NCBI GenBank assembly: GCA_047617785.1
Contig: JBLGBK010000003.1
Span: 15,663-79,662 of the forward strand
Direction of reading: 5' to 3'
DNA: 64,000 bases
Source of the DNA: Colwellia polaris
GTDB taxonomy: Archaea; Nanohalarchaeota; Nanosalinia; Nanosalinales; Nanosalinaceae
The notes under the pieces are model-generated. The model saw only the letters and a list, made by a program, of their open reading frames with translations. It was not told where the DNA came from and searched no databases. The translations under genes and the position numbers were made by a program. Shown here one piece after another: positions 17,288 through 25,898 of this stretch. The first letter of the stretch is position 1. The number at the start of each line of letters is the position of its first letter.

Positions 17288-17620
17288 CTAGTCGTATTCT
17301 TTGTGGACATTACTGCACTCTGTACATCTATAAAATCGGGTTGGCGGTTCGTCTGATGCTCTTGTCTGTTCCATCCAGAATTCGCATTCCATGTTCCCAC
17401 ATTTGGGACACTCTTTCTCGGTAGTAGGGTTCATGGTTTCGCTGTCTCCTTCTTCGTTAACATTCAGCCGATCCATTGGATCGTCTTCTTTTTCTTCGGT
17501 TACTTTGTAATCTTCTTCGTTTGCTTCCTGAATTTCTCCGCAGTTGCGGCATTTCATGACAGTTCCGTCATCGGTTTTCTCAGAGACAAGCATGCCTCCA
17601 CATTCGTCACAGAAGTCCAT
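17288..17620 (-). CDS. tfs: transcription factor S (TFS / RpoM-like)
   Basis: N-terminal zinc ribbon CDECGG...CRNCG. C-terminal CPKCG...EQTRASDEPPTRFYRCTEC. Confidence 0.9.
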   Translation of the reverse strand: MDFCDECGGMLVSEKTDDGTVMKCRNCGEIQEANEEDYKVTEEKEDDPMDRLNVNEEGDSETMNPTTEKECPKCGNMECEFWMEQTRASDEPPTRFYRCTECSNVHKEYD

Positions 17621-17662
17621 GGTTAGGAAGAATTATCGAGAAATTTTTTTATACCTATTACC

Positions 17663-18376
17663 TTAAACGGTTTCTTGGCATACTGGGTAGGTGTCAAAGA
17701 GTATAGGTTTACCTCCATTCAAACCAAGGAAGTCCATTGCTAGGAGCTTTACACCACCTAATCTTGGGATGCGGAAAATGGAGGTGCCGTATATCTGTTC
17801 TGGCTCAACGCGTTTCTCGAATGGTATCTGTTTCGGGTTATTGTCTCCTTTGGTCTCTAGGTAGGTCTCTTCTTTCTCTATAACGCGATGTACTACTGGT
17901 ATGTCCATACCTGCTGCATAATTCAGCCGGATGTTAGTTCCTCTTGAAATTGTTTCTCCGATTTCCATGCGGACTGTTTCTCCTTCTATATCGAGTAAGG
18001 CGTATCCACCTTCCTCTGTTGACTGAGCTCCGATTAAAGTTATTTCTCCTGCTGCTGTTTCCGCGGAGGTGTTACTGCTATCAAGGTTTACTTTTTCTCC
18101 TCCTACTGATAGAACGGCTTGTTTATCCACATTGTAAACAACAATATCCTCCTCTTCTATTTGATCAAAATCTATGCCATTTACAAGCAATATATCGCCA
18201 ACATTCAACGCGGGGTACATGGAACAGGAGACTACTGAAACGACAGGTCTTTCAGTTCCCATGACTGTTCCTGCGGTTTGAAGGCTACCGAACGCAAGTA
18301 AAACTGCTATAGTTAGGAAGAAAAACGTATCCAGATATTCTGTGGCTTCTTCAGGTATTATTTCTGGATCCATCAA
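17663..18376 (-). CDS. signal peptidase I, archaeal Sec11 type, with an insertion
   Basis: N-terminal TM segment. SCSMYPAL (Ser box), VVHRVI (His box), KGDNN. About 100 aa lie between the Ser and His boxes. Confidence 0.75.
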   Translation of the reverse strand: MMDPEIIPEEATEYLDTFFFLTIAVLLAFGSLQTAGTVMGTERPVVSVVSCSMYPALNVGDILLVNGIDFDQIEEEDIVVYNVDKQAVLSVGGEKVNLDSSNTSAETAAGEITLIGAQSTEEGGYALLDIEGETVRMEIGETISRGTNIRLNYAAGMDIPVVHRVIEKEETYLETKGDNNPKQIPFEKRVEPEQIYGTSIFRIPRLGGVKLLAMDFLGLNGGKPILFDTYPVCQETV

Positions 18377-18412
18377 TAAAGAGAAGATAGGTAAGAAGTT
18401 ACTTTAAACTGT

Positions 18413-18655
18413 TCAAATCTGGCTCTGAAGCTCGTCAACCCAGTCCTTAGCTGTCTCTACTGCCTGATTGAGGTCGTCTTCAGGTGTGTCGGATACTACT
18501 ACAAGGTTTGATTCGTCGCCCAGCGGGTGGCCTTTGTCGTATCCAGCTTCGCTCCCGTTCTGCCATAGAGCTTTACGTACAAGGTTTGCTACAGTATGGT
18601 TTCTATCCATGTCGATGATAAGCCTGTCGTCCTTTTCTACAGTTGTAATGTCCAT
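18413..18655 (-). CDS. rpoL: RNA polymerase subunit L (Rpo11)
   Basis: 80 aa. NHTVANLVRKALWQNGSEAGYDKGHPL. Confidence 0.8.
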   Translation of the reverse strand: MDITTVEKDDRLIIDMDRNHTVANLVRKALWQNGSEAGYDKGHPLGDESNLVVVSDTPEDDLNQAVETAKDWVDELQSQI

Positions 18656-18667
18656 AGTATAAGTTTG

Positions 18668-19273
18668 TCAATCCTCCTGTTCTGCTATTATAATATCCAC
18701 TTCGATTTCTTGGCTTGCCTCGGTATGGAAGCCAAAAGTCGGTGGAAGCGACACCGTGTAGCCTTCAGTAGCTACAACTCTAAAACCTGATTTCTCTACA
18801 AAATCTTTTATAACTGAACGCTTACCGTGTGGAGAAACTGCATAAACCTTAGAACCTGTTTCAACAGCTTTCTGCCAGAACTTCATCCCTAGCTCGCTGT
18901 GAACAGAAAACGGAGGGTTCATCACAACGGTGTCAGAATCTAACTCGATACTCTCAACATCCTTGTTTAATATACTGAATTCTACGCCAAACGTTTCTCT
19001 ATTCTTTTTCAAGGATTTAATAGCTTCTTCATCCTTTTCAATAGAAGTAACCTTTCCGTTAAGAAGAGAGGCTCCTATAGAAAGAATCCCTGTACCTGCG
19101 CCCAGGTCGACAACTTTCTTTCCTTCGATATCGCCTTGCATATATGCAGTATGCAATAAATCGGCAGCGAGGCTGGCAGGGGTAATATACTGTTCCAGCT
19201 TGACTTTAGGATTCTCAAAGTCTTCTACTTTTGAAAGCTTACGGGCTAAGTGGCTTTTCCTCACAGCGAACAA
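18668..19273 (-). CDS. SAM-dependent methyltransferase, METTL5/COG2263-like (NPPF motif)
   Basis: LEQYITP, VVDLGAGTGILS and VVMNPPFS. Confidence 0.75.
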   Translation of the reverse strand: MFAVRKSHLARKLSKVEDFENPKVKLEQYITPASLAADLLHTAYMQGDIEGKKVVDLGAGTGILSIGASLLNGKVTSIEKDEEAIKSLKKNRETFGVEFSILNKDVESIELDSDTVVMNPPFSVHSELGMKFWQKAVETGSKVYAVSPHGKRSVIKDFVEKSGFRVVATEGYTVSLPPTFGFHTEASQEIEVDIIIAEQED

Positions 19274-19322
19274 ATTTCCGACAGTACTGATTTAAGATTA
19301 AGCAAGCCATACCCGAAAAGTA

Positions 19323-20945
19323 ATGTCCGAGTACGAAGATCTATCCCGAGAAGAACTTATAGAATTGCTTCAAGAGCAGGAAAAACAAGATCAGGTGGTT
19401 TTCTTTGAACCACAGAGAGAGATAATAGTATCTGAACCTGGAGAAGAAACACTTCATGAACTTTCAAGCATAGCACACATGGAAACATCTTCCGAGAGTC
19501 ATTACAAGTTCCAGGTTCGGGAAATGGACGTATGGAACTCGGATAGATCTCTTGAAGAGATGAAAGAGGCATATACACGTATAGTAGGAAATTATCCAAG
19601 CTTTCTGGAATGGATTGAAAGAACATACGAGCGCCAGGAAATCTTCTCAATTGAACACAAAGGACGTTACCATGCTCTTGAATCCACGGATGCAGAAAGA
19701 ATGGAGTGGGCGAGAGGAATAGACAAGGTAAGAAAGAACCTGGCAGTAGATCTATCAGATACTTCTTCAAGAATAAAGATGGGGTCAAAGGCCAGAGCAG
19801 AGATCAAGGAAGCACTTCTTAAGAAAGGGTATCCGGTAGAAGACAACTCCAAGTTCCGAGAAGTCGACGAGAAAATTGGGTGCGATCTTACAATCGATCT
19901 CAGAGAATATCAGCAAGAATATGTTGATAAAGCATACGACGAACGCGCAGCCGTTCTAGCCAACCCTGCAGGATCCGGTAAAACAGTTACGTCTATAGGA
20001 TTGATGGCAAAGATCGATGCTCCAACACTTGTTCTTGTACCGCAGAGATCGCTTGTAAACCAGTGGAAACGAGAAATACTAGACAAAACAACGCTCACAG
20101 AGGATCAAATTGGTGAATACCACGGCGGCCAAAAGAAAATGAAAGATGTAACTATAGCAACCTACCACATGGCTGCAGAAAAAACGTCATTGTTCAGAAA
20201 GGACTGGGGTCTAATCATCTTCGACGAAGTACACCATATTCCATCCAAGATGTTCAGAAAGACCGCAAATCTCCAGTCGACGCGTAGAATCGGTCTATCA
20301 GCCTCTCCTGTCCGAGAAGACAATAAGGAAAGAGAAATATTTGCTTTGATAGGAAAAGAAATCGGTGGAGAATGGGCTCGCTTCTTCCAGGAAGGACACG
20401 TTGTTAAACCGGATGTAGAGCTACGTTTCGTTGAGTTTGAATCCGACTACTACCGTAACAAGTACGAACAGGCTTCAGGAATCAAGAAAGCGATTGTAGC
20501 TTCGAAGAATCCGGCAAAGATCCCGCTTCTGGAGAAGCTTCTGGAGAAGCATGAAGGGGATAAGACAATTATCTTCTGTGACTGGATCGATCAGGGAGAA
20601 CAGATTTCCGAACAGTTCGATATTCCTTTCGTCTCAGGAGAAACAGAATTCGAAGATAGAGAGGACTACTTCCAAAAATTCCGGGAAAACGAACTCACAA
20701 CACTTATTGTATCAAGAATTGGAGATGAAGGGCTTGACCTTCCTGACGCAGAGATAGGAATTGTTATGAGCGGACAAGGAGGAAGCCGAAGACAAGCAAC
20801 ACAGCGAGCAGGACGAGTAATGCGACCATTCGGAGATGCACAAGTCTATATGATAGCGACGAAAGGAAGTAATGAGGAAGACTTCGTCAAGAGACAGGTA
20901 GAATTGCTGAAAGAAAAAGGAGTTCCTGTAACTATCAAAGAATAA
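19323..20945 (+). CDS. xpb: XPB/Rad25-family DNA repair helicase
   Basis: NPAGSGKTV (motif I), IFDEVHH (II), GLSASPVREDNKE (III plus RED motif), QRAGRVMR (VI). Confidence 0.85.
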   Translation: MSEYEDLSREELIELLQEQEKQDQVVFFEPQREIIVSEPGEETLHELSSIAHMETSSESHYKFQVREMDVWNSDRSLEEMKEAYTRIVGNYPSFLEWIERTYERQEIFSIEHKGRYHALESTDAERMEWARGIDKVRKNLAVDLSDTSSRIKMGSKARAEIKEALLKKGYPVEDNSKFREVDEKIGCDLTIDLREYQQEYVDKAYDERAAVLANPAGSGKTVTSIGLMAKIDAPTLVLVPQRSLVNQWKREILDKTTLTEDQIGEYHGGQKKMKDVTIATYHMAAEKTSLFRKDWGLIIFDEVHHIPSKMFRKTANLQSTRRIGLSASPVREDNKEREIFALIGKEIGGEWARFFQEGHVVKPDVELRFVEFESDYYRNKYEQASGIKKAIVASKNPAKIPLLEKLLEKHEGDKTIIFCDWIDQGEQISEQFDIPFVSGETEFEDREDYFQKFRENELTTLIVSRIGDEGLDLPDAEIGIVMSGQGGSRRQATQRAGRVMRPFGDAQVYMIATKGSNEEDFVKRQVELLKEKGVPVTIKE

Positions 20946-21159
20946 GGTTAAACAGCTGTCTGATAAAAGATCCCTATACTTTCTGGGTGAAAATACCTGG
21001 TGCTGAATTAAAATCAGGGCCTATAACAGGATACTTGTTGTAAGAGAAGTAATCCCCGAGCTGAAGTGGCGTTCCCGAAGTCTGCTCGGTTATGGATATT
21101 GATGGACACTATTTCGTTGCAAAAGGTAATTCTGCATGTTACGTCCAATAAAGTGGTTC

Positions 21160-21182
21160 TTCAGAATTTTACGGATTCTGAA
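21160..21182. promoter_or_regulatory. perfect 8-bp inverted repeat TTCAGAAT-N7-ATTCTGAA upstream of the ABC operon
   Basis: Read directly at 21160-21167 and 21175-21182. It ends 40 nt upstream of the ATG at 21222, just upstream of an AT-rich TATA-like stretch (21189-21200). Confidence 0.3.
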
Positions 21183-21221
21183 TAAGTTGATTTTTCAAAC
21201 TACTTCAACCAATTTTAGAAC

Positions 21222-22205
21222 ATGACGCTAATTAAAGCAGAAAATCTGGACAAGACCTTCCGCATCTACAACCAGGGCGAAGGAATCCGCGGATACCTCA
21301 AATCCTTCATCAGTAGAGATTACGAAGAAATACATGCAGTAGAAGATCTCAACCTGCAGATAGATGAAGGTGAGATGATAGGATATATTGGTTCAAATGG
21401 GGCAGGAAAAAGCACAACAGTCAAGATGCTGACTGGTATACTAGAGCCATCTTCCGGTAATATAGAAGTAGATGGTCTAAATCCAAACAAAAACCGGAAG
21501 AAGAATGCGATGAATATCGGAGTTGTATTCGGCCAAAAAACACAGCTCTGGTGGGACCTACCCGTTAAAGAATCATTCAAACTTCTGAAAGAAATTTACG
21601 AAGTCGGCGATCAAGAATACGATAAGAGAATAGATGAGTTCGACGAAGTTCTCCAGCTTTCTGATTTCTGGGATCAACCTGTTAGAAAACTGAGTCTTGG
21701 TCAGAAGATGCGTTGCGAGCTAGCAGCAGCATTCCTTCACCACCCGAAGATCGTCTACTTGGATGAACCGACTATTGGTCTCGACGTAGCGGTTAAGGAA
21801 AGGATAAGAGATTTTATCCGTAAAATGAACCAGGAAAAAGACATCACGGTAATGTTGACAACGCACGATATCGGTGATATAGAAGATTTGTGTGACAGAA
21901 TTGTTGTTCTTGATAAAGGCAAGAAAATATACGACGGCCAGCTAGATGACTTAGTAAATCGTTTCTCCTCTAGAAGGCTTGTTCTAGAGACGGATGATAC
22001 TATAAAGATAGAAATCGACGGTATAAAGGATATTCAGACGCCTAACGGCAAAACAGAGATAGTTTTCGACCGTGAAATAATTTCCGCCGCTGATCTGATG
22101 AAAGAAGTGCTTGACAGATATGATGTCAGCGACTTCCAGATTAAAGAACCAGATATTGAAGCAGTAGTCAAGAAAATCTACAATGAAGGACTGGCTGAGG
22201 AATAA
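21222..22205 (+). CDS. ABC transporter ATP-binding protein (ABC-2 type)
   Basis: GSNGAGKST (Walker A), LSLGQKMR (signature), VYLDEPT (Walker B). Confidence 0.9.
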   Translation: MTLIKAENLDKTFRIYNQGEGIRGYLKSFISRDYEEIHAVEDLNLQIDEGEMIGYIGSNGAGKSTTVKMLTGILEPSSGNIEVDGLNPNKNRKKNAMNIGVVFGQKTQLWWDLPVKESFKLLKEIYEVGDQEYDKRIDEFDEVLQLSDFWDQPVRKLSLGQKMRCELAAAFLHHPKIVYLDEPTIGLDVAVKERIRDFIRKMNQEKDITVMLTTHDIGDIEDLCDRIVVLDKGKKIYDGQLDDLVNRFSSRRLVLETDDTIKIEIDGIKDIQTPNGKTEIVFDREIISAADLMKEVLDRYDVSDFQIKEPDIEAVVKKIYNEGLAEE

Positions 22206-22206
22206 A

Positions 22207-22998
22207 ATGTCCAAGATAAGGAAATACTTCGAATTTGTCCGCATAGGATTCAGAGAATCAACAGCATATCGATTTAATGCTGTTATGTCTTTAGTAGCAT
22301 CAATTCTCTACTTGATAATGGTTTATGCCATCTGGACAGCGATAGATGCAGGAGGACAACTTGCAGCCAGTCTAACCGGGGTTCTTACATATATTCTACT
22401 CGGACAGGTTGTATCTAACTCTGTTTTTATTGACGTAGAAAGTTTCATGTCCGAAAGAGTCAGAGAAGGAACTATAGTGAACGAACTGAAGCGTCCTGTC
22501 TCGCTCAGGCTTCAGGTATACTCGTATCTCGTAGGAAAGTCAGCTTTCAACATCGTAACAAAGGGCCTGCCAGTCCTGATTATCGGCTTCCTTTTCATCA
22601 ATATCCAGGCTCCATCCTTAATGAACGCCTTGGCATTTGTAGTCTCGCTCATATTGAGCTTTAACCTCGTATTCGCATTTTCATTCCTGACCTCAATGTT
22701 GGTTTTCTGGACAGAAATTGGTTGGGGGATCAGAGCAATGCGTACAAACATACAGGACGTATTTTCAGGGGTTCTATTCCCGCTTTATCTGCTTCCTGTA
22801 GGGCTAGTATCGTTCTTCGATATACTACCTTTCAAGTGGATGGCAGACGGACCGATACAAATTTTCACCATGGAAGCAACAGGAGCGGAGGTAATCCGGA
22901 TTTTTGGCCTCCAGTTATTCTGGATTTTTATAATGTCAGTTCTAGGAGAACTAGCCTGGCGAAAAGCTAAGACAAAGTTAACGGTTCAAGGGGGATAA
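22207..22998 (+). CDS. ABC-2 family permease
   Basis: About 6 TM segments. I prefer the MSKIRKY start, 1 nt after the ATPase stop, over the track's 22183 start. Confidence 0.7.
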   Translation: MSKIRKYFEFVRIGFRESTAYRFNAVMSLVASILYLIMVYAIWTAIDAGGQLAASLTGVLTYILLGQVVSNSVFIDVESFMSERVREGTIVNELKRPVSLRLQVYSYLVGKSAFNIVTKGLPVLIIGFLFINIQAPSLMNALAFVVSLILSFNLVFAFSFLTSMLVFWTEIGWGIRAMRTNIQDVFSGVLFPLYLLPVGLVSFFDILPFKWMADGPIQIFTMEATGAEVIRIFGLQLFWIFIMSVLGELAWRKAKTKLTVQGG

Positions 22999-23001
22999 AA
23001 A

Positions 23002-23817
23002 ATGATTAAAGACAAATTAGCGGTTGTAAAGAAATACCTCAGTATCTACTGGTATTACTTCAAACAGTACTGGAAAACACGACTTGTCTACAAGGGAGAC
23101 TTTGCCGTAGGATTTATCGCACAGCTAATCAACCTCGGGGCATCTCTCGCTTTCCTGACTCTCCTCTTCACGCAAGTTGAATCACTCAACGGTTGGAGCT
23201 TCAACGAGATGCTATTTCTCGCAGGGGTTGGAGGATTCATCATGAACTTCCACCATGTCTTCTTATTCAATATGTTCAGTCTGGAAGACTACATCGTCGA
23301 AGGACGCATGGACAGATTCCTAGTAAGGCCGTTAAGCCCTTTATTCCAGGTATACGCTGATGACGTCTCAGACAATAACCTGTCCAAGCTGATAGCTAAC
23401 TCTGCATTAATTATCTACTCGGCAAACCAGATGGGGCTAAATCTGCTAACGTTTTCAAACGTCGCATATGGGGTAGCCGCTCTTGTATCGGGAGTTCTGG
23501 TTTTTGCAGCAGCTTACATGGCATTTGCTACAACAGGTTTCTGGACGGGAAGATCAAGAAGCGCTATCTGGCTGATATTTCGGCTAAGCGAGTACCGGCG
23601 CTATCCATACAATATCTACAGCTTGCCGATCCAGATAATACTGGTTACAGCTATACCTATAGCCTTTGCTTCATTCTTCCCGGCAACATACTTCCTTGGA
23701 AAAGAAGGGTGGCAGATTTGGCAGTACGCATCTATAGCAGCAGGACCGGTTCTATACAGCCTGGCGCTGGCTTTCTGGAAGTACGGTCTCAGCAACTACT
23801 CTAGTACAGGGAGCTGA
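23002..23817 (+). CDS. ABC-2 family permease (second subunit)
   Basis: About 6 TM segments. It begins 3 nt after the previous stop. Confidence 0.7.
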   Translation: MIKDKLAVVKKYLSIYWYYFKQYWKTRLVYKGDFAVGFIAQLINLGASLAFLTLLFTQVESLNGWSFNEMLFLAGVGGFIMNFHHVFLFNMFSLEDYIVEGRMDRFLVRPLSPLFQVYADDVSDNNLSKLIANSALIIYSANQMGLNLLTFSNVAYGVAALVSGVLVFAAAYMAFATTGFWTGRSRSAIWLIFRLSEYRRYPYNIYSLPIQIILVTAIPIAFASFFPATYFLGKEGWQIWQYASIAAGPVLYSLALAFWKYGLSNYSSTGS

Positions 23818-23861
23818 CTACCCTCACTTATTAAACAGTTCCTTTCTTTTGCTTTTGCTAC

Positions 23862-24476
23862 ATGACAACATTTCACGAGTTTGTTTACTCGGAATTGGGG
23901 GAGCCAGATTCTCTTGATATTGTAGGTCTTGGACCTGCTGAAAGAGAGTATGATAATCAGTGGCTTTATGAGATGAATCGCAATTTTTCTCGAATAGACA
24001 GTCTTGATCAAGCAAGCGATTACTGGCTTGGTTTTGAGCAGGATGACCGAGATTATGATATTGAAGGAGATGTTTTCGAACAGGACTTCTACGATGCGAT
24101 TCTGGATGGAGATGCAGCAATTCTTGTGGCTCCTAAGCCAACCATATACAGAGGTTCTGCTACAGAAGATAATTCGTATACGTCTAATTATGTCGAGTTA
24201 GGTGAACTTGCCAAAACTGGTCTTGACGCTGTACTAATGAGAAAGATTGATGAGGGCTTTGAAGCACTAACTCATCTAGAGTACAAGGATATGGCGGATA
24301 ACTTCCGTGAGGGATTCCAGAAAAAGGAGCGTTCAATGCAGGAAATGGAGCCAAGAGACATGGCGAATGTAGTTCAGAATCAACCTGATATCCAAGCTAC
24401 ACACTTGAACTGGACTACTCAAGATGAAGAGGTAATTCTCGTTACTGAGAGTCAGAAACCACTTTCAACGCTTTGA
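23862..24476 (+). CDS. acidic hypothetical protein
   Basis: 204-aa ORF with acidic composition, just downstream of the ABC operon. No motif recognised. Confidence 0.45.
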   Translation: MTTFHEFVYSELGEPDSLDIVGLGPAEREYDNQWLYEMNRNFSRIDSLDQASDYWLGFEQDDRDYDIEGDVFEQDFYDAILDGDAAILVAPKPTIYRGSATEDNSYTSNYVELGELAKTGLDAVLMRKIDEGFEALTHLEYKDMADNFREGFQKKERSMQEMEPRDMANVVQNQPDIQATHLNWTTQDEEVILVTESQKPLSTL

Positions 24477-24570
24477 AAACCAGGTAGAATACTTCAAACC
24501 TCATCTTCTGAAATCGAAGCAGGCAGTTCCATTAAAGAAAAATCTTGAAAAGTAAATAAAAAGTAGTAGA

Positions 24571-24596
24571 GAGGTCTTGACAGACCTCAAGTTTTT
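24571..24596. terminator. hairpin GAGGTCT-tgac-AGACCTC followed by T5, between convergent genes
   Basis: Read directly. 7-bp stem with a 4-nt loop. The T-run abuts the ppa stop codon. Confidence 0.35.
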
Positions 24597-25128
24597 ACTC
24601 GAATTTCTCGCTGTAAAGTTCTTGACTTCTCTCAATGGCTTCTTTAGCGTCTTCTGCGTCGCCCCAGCCTTCAATCTCTACTTCTTTCTTAGGTTCGAGG
24701 TTCTTGTATGTCTTGAAGAACTCTGCGATCTCTTTCTTCTTGTGCTCATTGACGTCTTCAAGATCTTCAACGTTGTTCCAGCGCGGATCTTCTGTAGGTA
24801 CTGCGATGATGTTGTCGTCCTGTTCTCCGTCGTCGTCCATGTAGAGGATTCCAACTGGTCTGACTTCGATTACGCATCCTGGGAAAGTTGAGTGTGTGGT
24901 CAGTACGAGGATGTCCATTGGGTCGCCGTCTTCGTAGTAGGCTTGTGGGATGAATCCGTAGTCACCGGGGTACTGGATTGATGAGTAGAGTACTCTGTCG
25001 AGGACAACTGACTCTTTTTCTTTGTCGTATTCGTATTTGTTTTCTGTTCCGTCAGGGTTTTCGATTATTGCGTTGATTACATCCGGCGCGTCCGGACCTG
25101 TTTCGTAGTCCTGCCACTTGTTTACCAT
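24595..25128 (-). CDS. ppa: inorganic pyrophosphatase (family I)
   Basis: YPGDYGFIPQAYYEDGDPMDILVL and KYEYDKE. Confidence 0.95.
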   Translation of the reverse strand: MVNKWQDYETGPDAPDVINAIIENPDGTENKYEYDKEKESVVLDRVLYSSIQYPGDYGFIPQAYYEDGDPMDILVLTTHSTFPGCVIEVRPVGILYMDDDGEQDDNIIAVPTEDPRWNNVEDLEDVNEHKKKEIAEFFKTYKNLEPKKEVEIEGWGDAEDAKEAIERSQELYSEKFE

Positions 25129-25218
25129 TTTGCTTCTAACCGTGGATTGGTTAGTTACACTTTTTTAACTGATTGTAGAAGGAGAATTAGAGAAAGATAA
25201 GAGAGGGGAATTTTGGTT

Positions 25219-25374
25219 TTATTCGTGGTTCTTGGTTGTAGCAGATAGTCTAATCATTGAGATATCTGTTACGTGGCCGCAGTTGCTGCAGACAACTTTA
25301 ACCCAGTCGATATTAGGTTTATCTACTGCGTTCACATGTAGTTCGTTCCCACATTCTTCGCATTCAAGTGTCAT
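25219..25374 (-). CDS. zinc-ribbon miniprotein (51 aa), unknown
   Basis: Below the ORF-track cutoff. My translation is MTLECEECGNELHVNAVDKPNIDWVKVVCSNCGHVTDISMIRLSATTKNHE (C-x2-C...C-x2-C). Confidence 0.4.
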   Translation of the reverse strand: MTLECEECGNELHVNAVDKPNIDWVKVVCSNCGHVTDISMIRLSATTKNHE

Positions 25375-25468
25375 GAATTTTGTTCTGCCTCGTCTCCCAG
25401 TTTAAAAACAGGTTCCCAACTATTTAAGCCTAACTTGAACTGAATAAAACACAGACGAAAAAGCACTT

Positions 25469-25543
25469 GGGTTCGTGGTCTAGCTTGGTTATGACACCTC
25501 CTTGACGTGGAGGAGATCCCCAGTTCAAATCTGGGCGAACCCA
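25469..25543 (+). tRNA. tRNA-Val (anticodon GAC)
   Basis: Cloverleaf folded by hand. Acceptor GGGTTCG/CGAACCC, anticodon stem CCTCC/GGAGG with loop TTGACGT, T-arm CCCAG-TTCAAAT-CTGGG. No encoded CCA. Confidence 0.9.
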
Positions 25544-25553
25544 CTACGCATTT

Positions 25554-25717
25554 GGGAAAGTAGCTCAGGGGTTAGAGCGCTGCGCTCATAACAACTTTTA
25601 TGAGCGATGAGGGAGCAGGCGATTTCTGGATAGCCGGCTTTCCGATGATTAAAAACTCTTCCAGAATCATGTTTGTGAGAAACGCAGAGGTCCCGGGTTC
25701 GATTCCCGGCTTTCCCA
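25554..25717 (+). tRNA. tRNA-Met elongator type (anticodon CAT; Ile2 alternative not excluded) with a 91-nt intron at position 37/38
   Basis: Acceptor GGGAAAG/CTTTCCC, D-arm GCTC-AGGGGTTA-GAGC, anticodon stem CTGCG (25580-84)/CGCAG (25683-87), T-arm CCGGG-TTCGATT-CCCGG. The mature length would be 73 nt. Confidence 0.85.
25591..25681 (+). other. tRNA intron bounded by a canonical bulge-helix-bulge motif
   Basis: The central 4-bp helix pairs CTCA (25585-88) with TGAG (25676-79). The 3-nt bulges are T-A-A (25589-91) and A-A-A (25680-82). The outer helix pairs CAA (25592-94) with TTG (25673-75). Confidence 0.75.
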
Positions 25718-25757
25718 TATAGTTTTGACTTAATTAGATTTTATCGTAGCCATCATC

Positions 25758-25766
25758 TTTTTTTTT
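25758..25766 (+). terminator. T9 run downstream of the tRNA pair
   Basis: Nine consecutive T about 40 nt after the tRNA-Met 3' end. Oligo-T is the usual archaeal termination signal. Confidence 0.4.
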
Positions 25767-25898
25767 GTGTCTAGATAGAAGTAAATTTCCCTGAGCTAGA
25801 TGAAGATATGTTCTAGCTGGTTTAATTTGGTTTTTGTACCAGGTTTTTCCCTCTCTGATAGGGGAACATTAAAATGCATGTATTTAGAATAAGTTGAT

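Noticed and set aside
20946-21221. The 276-nt spacer after xpb as a box C/D sRNA or other structured ncRNA. It contains TGATGG at ~21100, CTGA at ~21178 and a CCGAGC...GCTCGG hairpin at 21055-21089.
   Set aside because: The box-like elements are degenerate and about 80 nt apart, and there are no internal C'/D' boxes. Nothing distinguishes it from chance except the perfect palindrome, which is reported separately.
22183-22206. The upstream start (22183) for the first ABC-2 permease, and similar track starts at 36713 (TTG), 28977 (TTG), 45894 (GTG) and 12568.
   Set aside because: In each case an ATG slightly downstream gives a start that abuts or overlaps the previous stop, or sits ~25-30 nt after a TATA-like box. 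These downstream starts also preserve the recognisable N-terminal motifs (MSKIRKY, MSDRSD, MDELKAS, MKGQ, MVKIPK).
25675-25679. GUGAG near the 3' end of the tRNA-Met intron as a box D.
   Set aside because: These nucleotides are fully explained as the intron strand of the 4-bp central helix of the BHB splicing motif. There is no CUGA anywhere in the intron.
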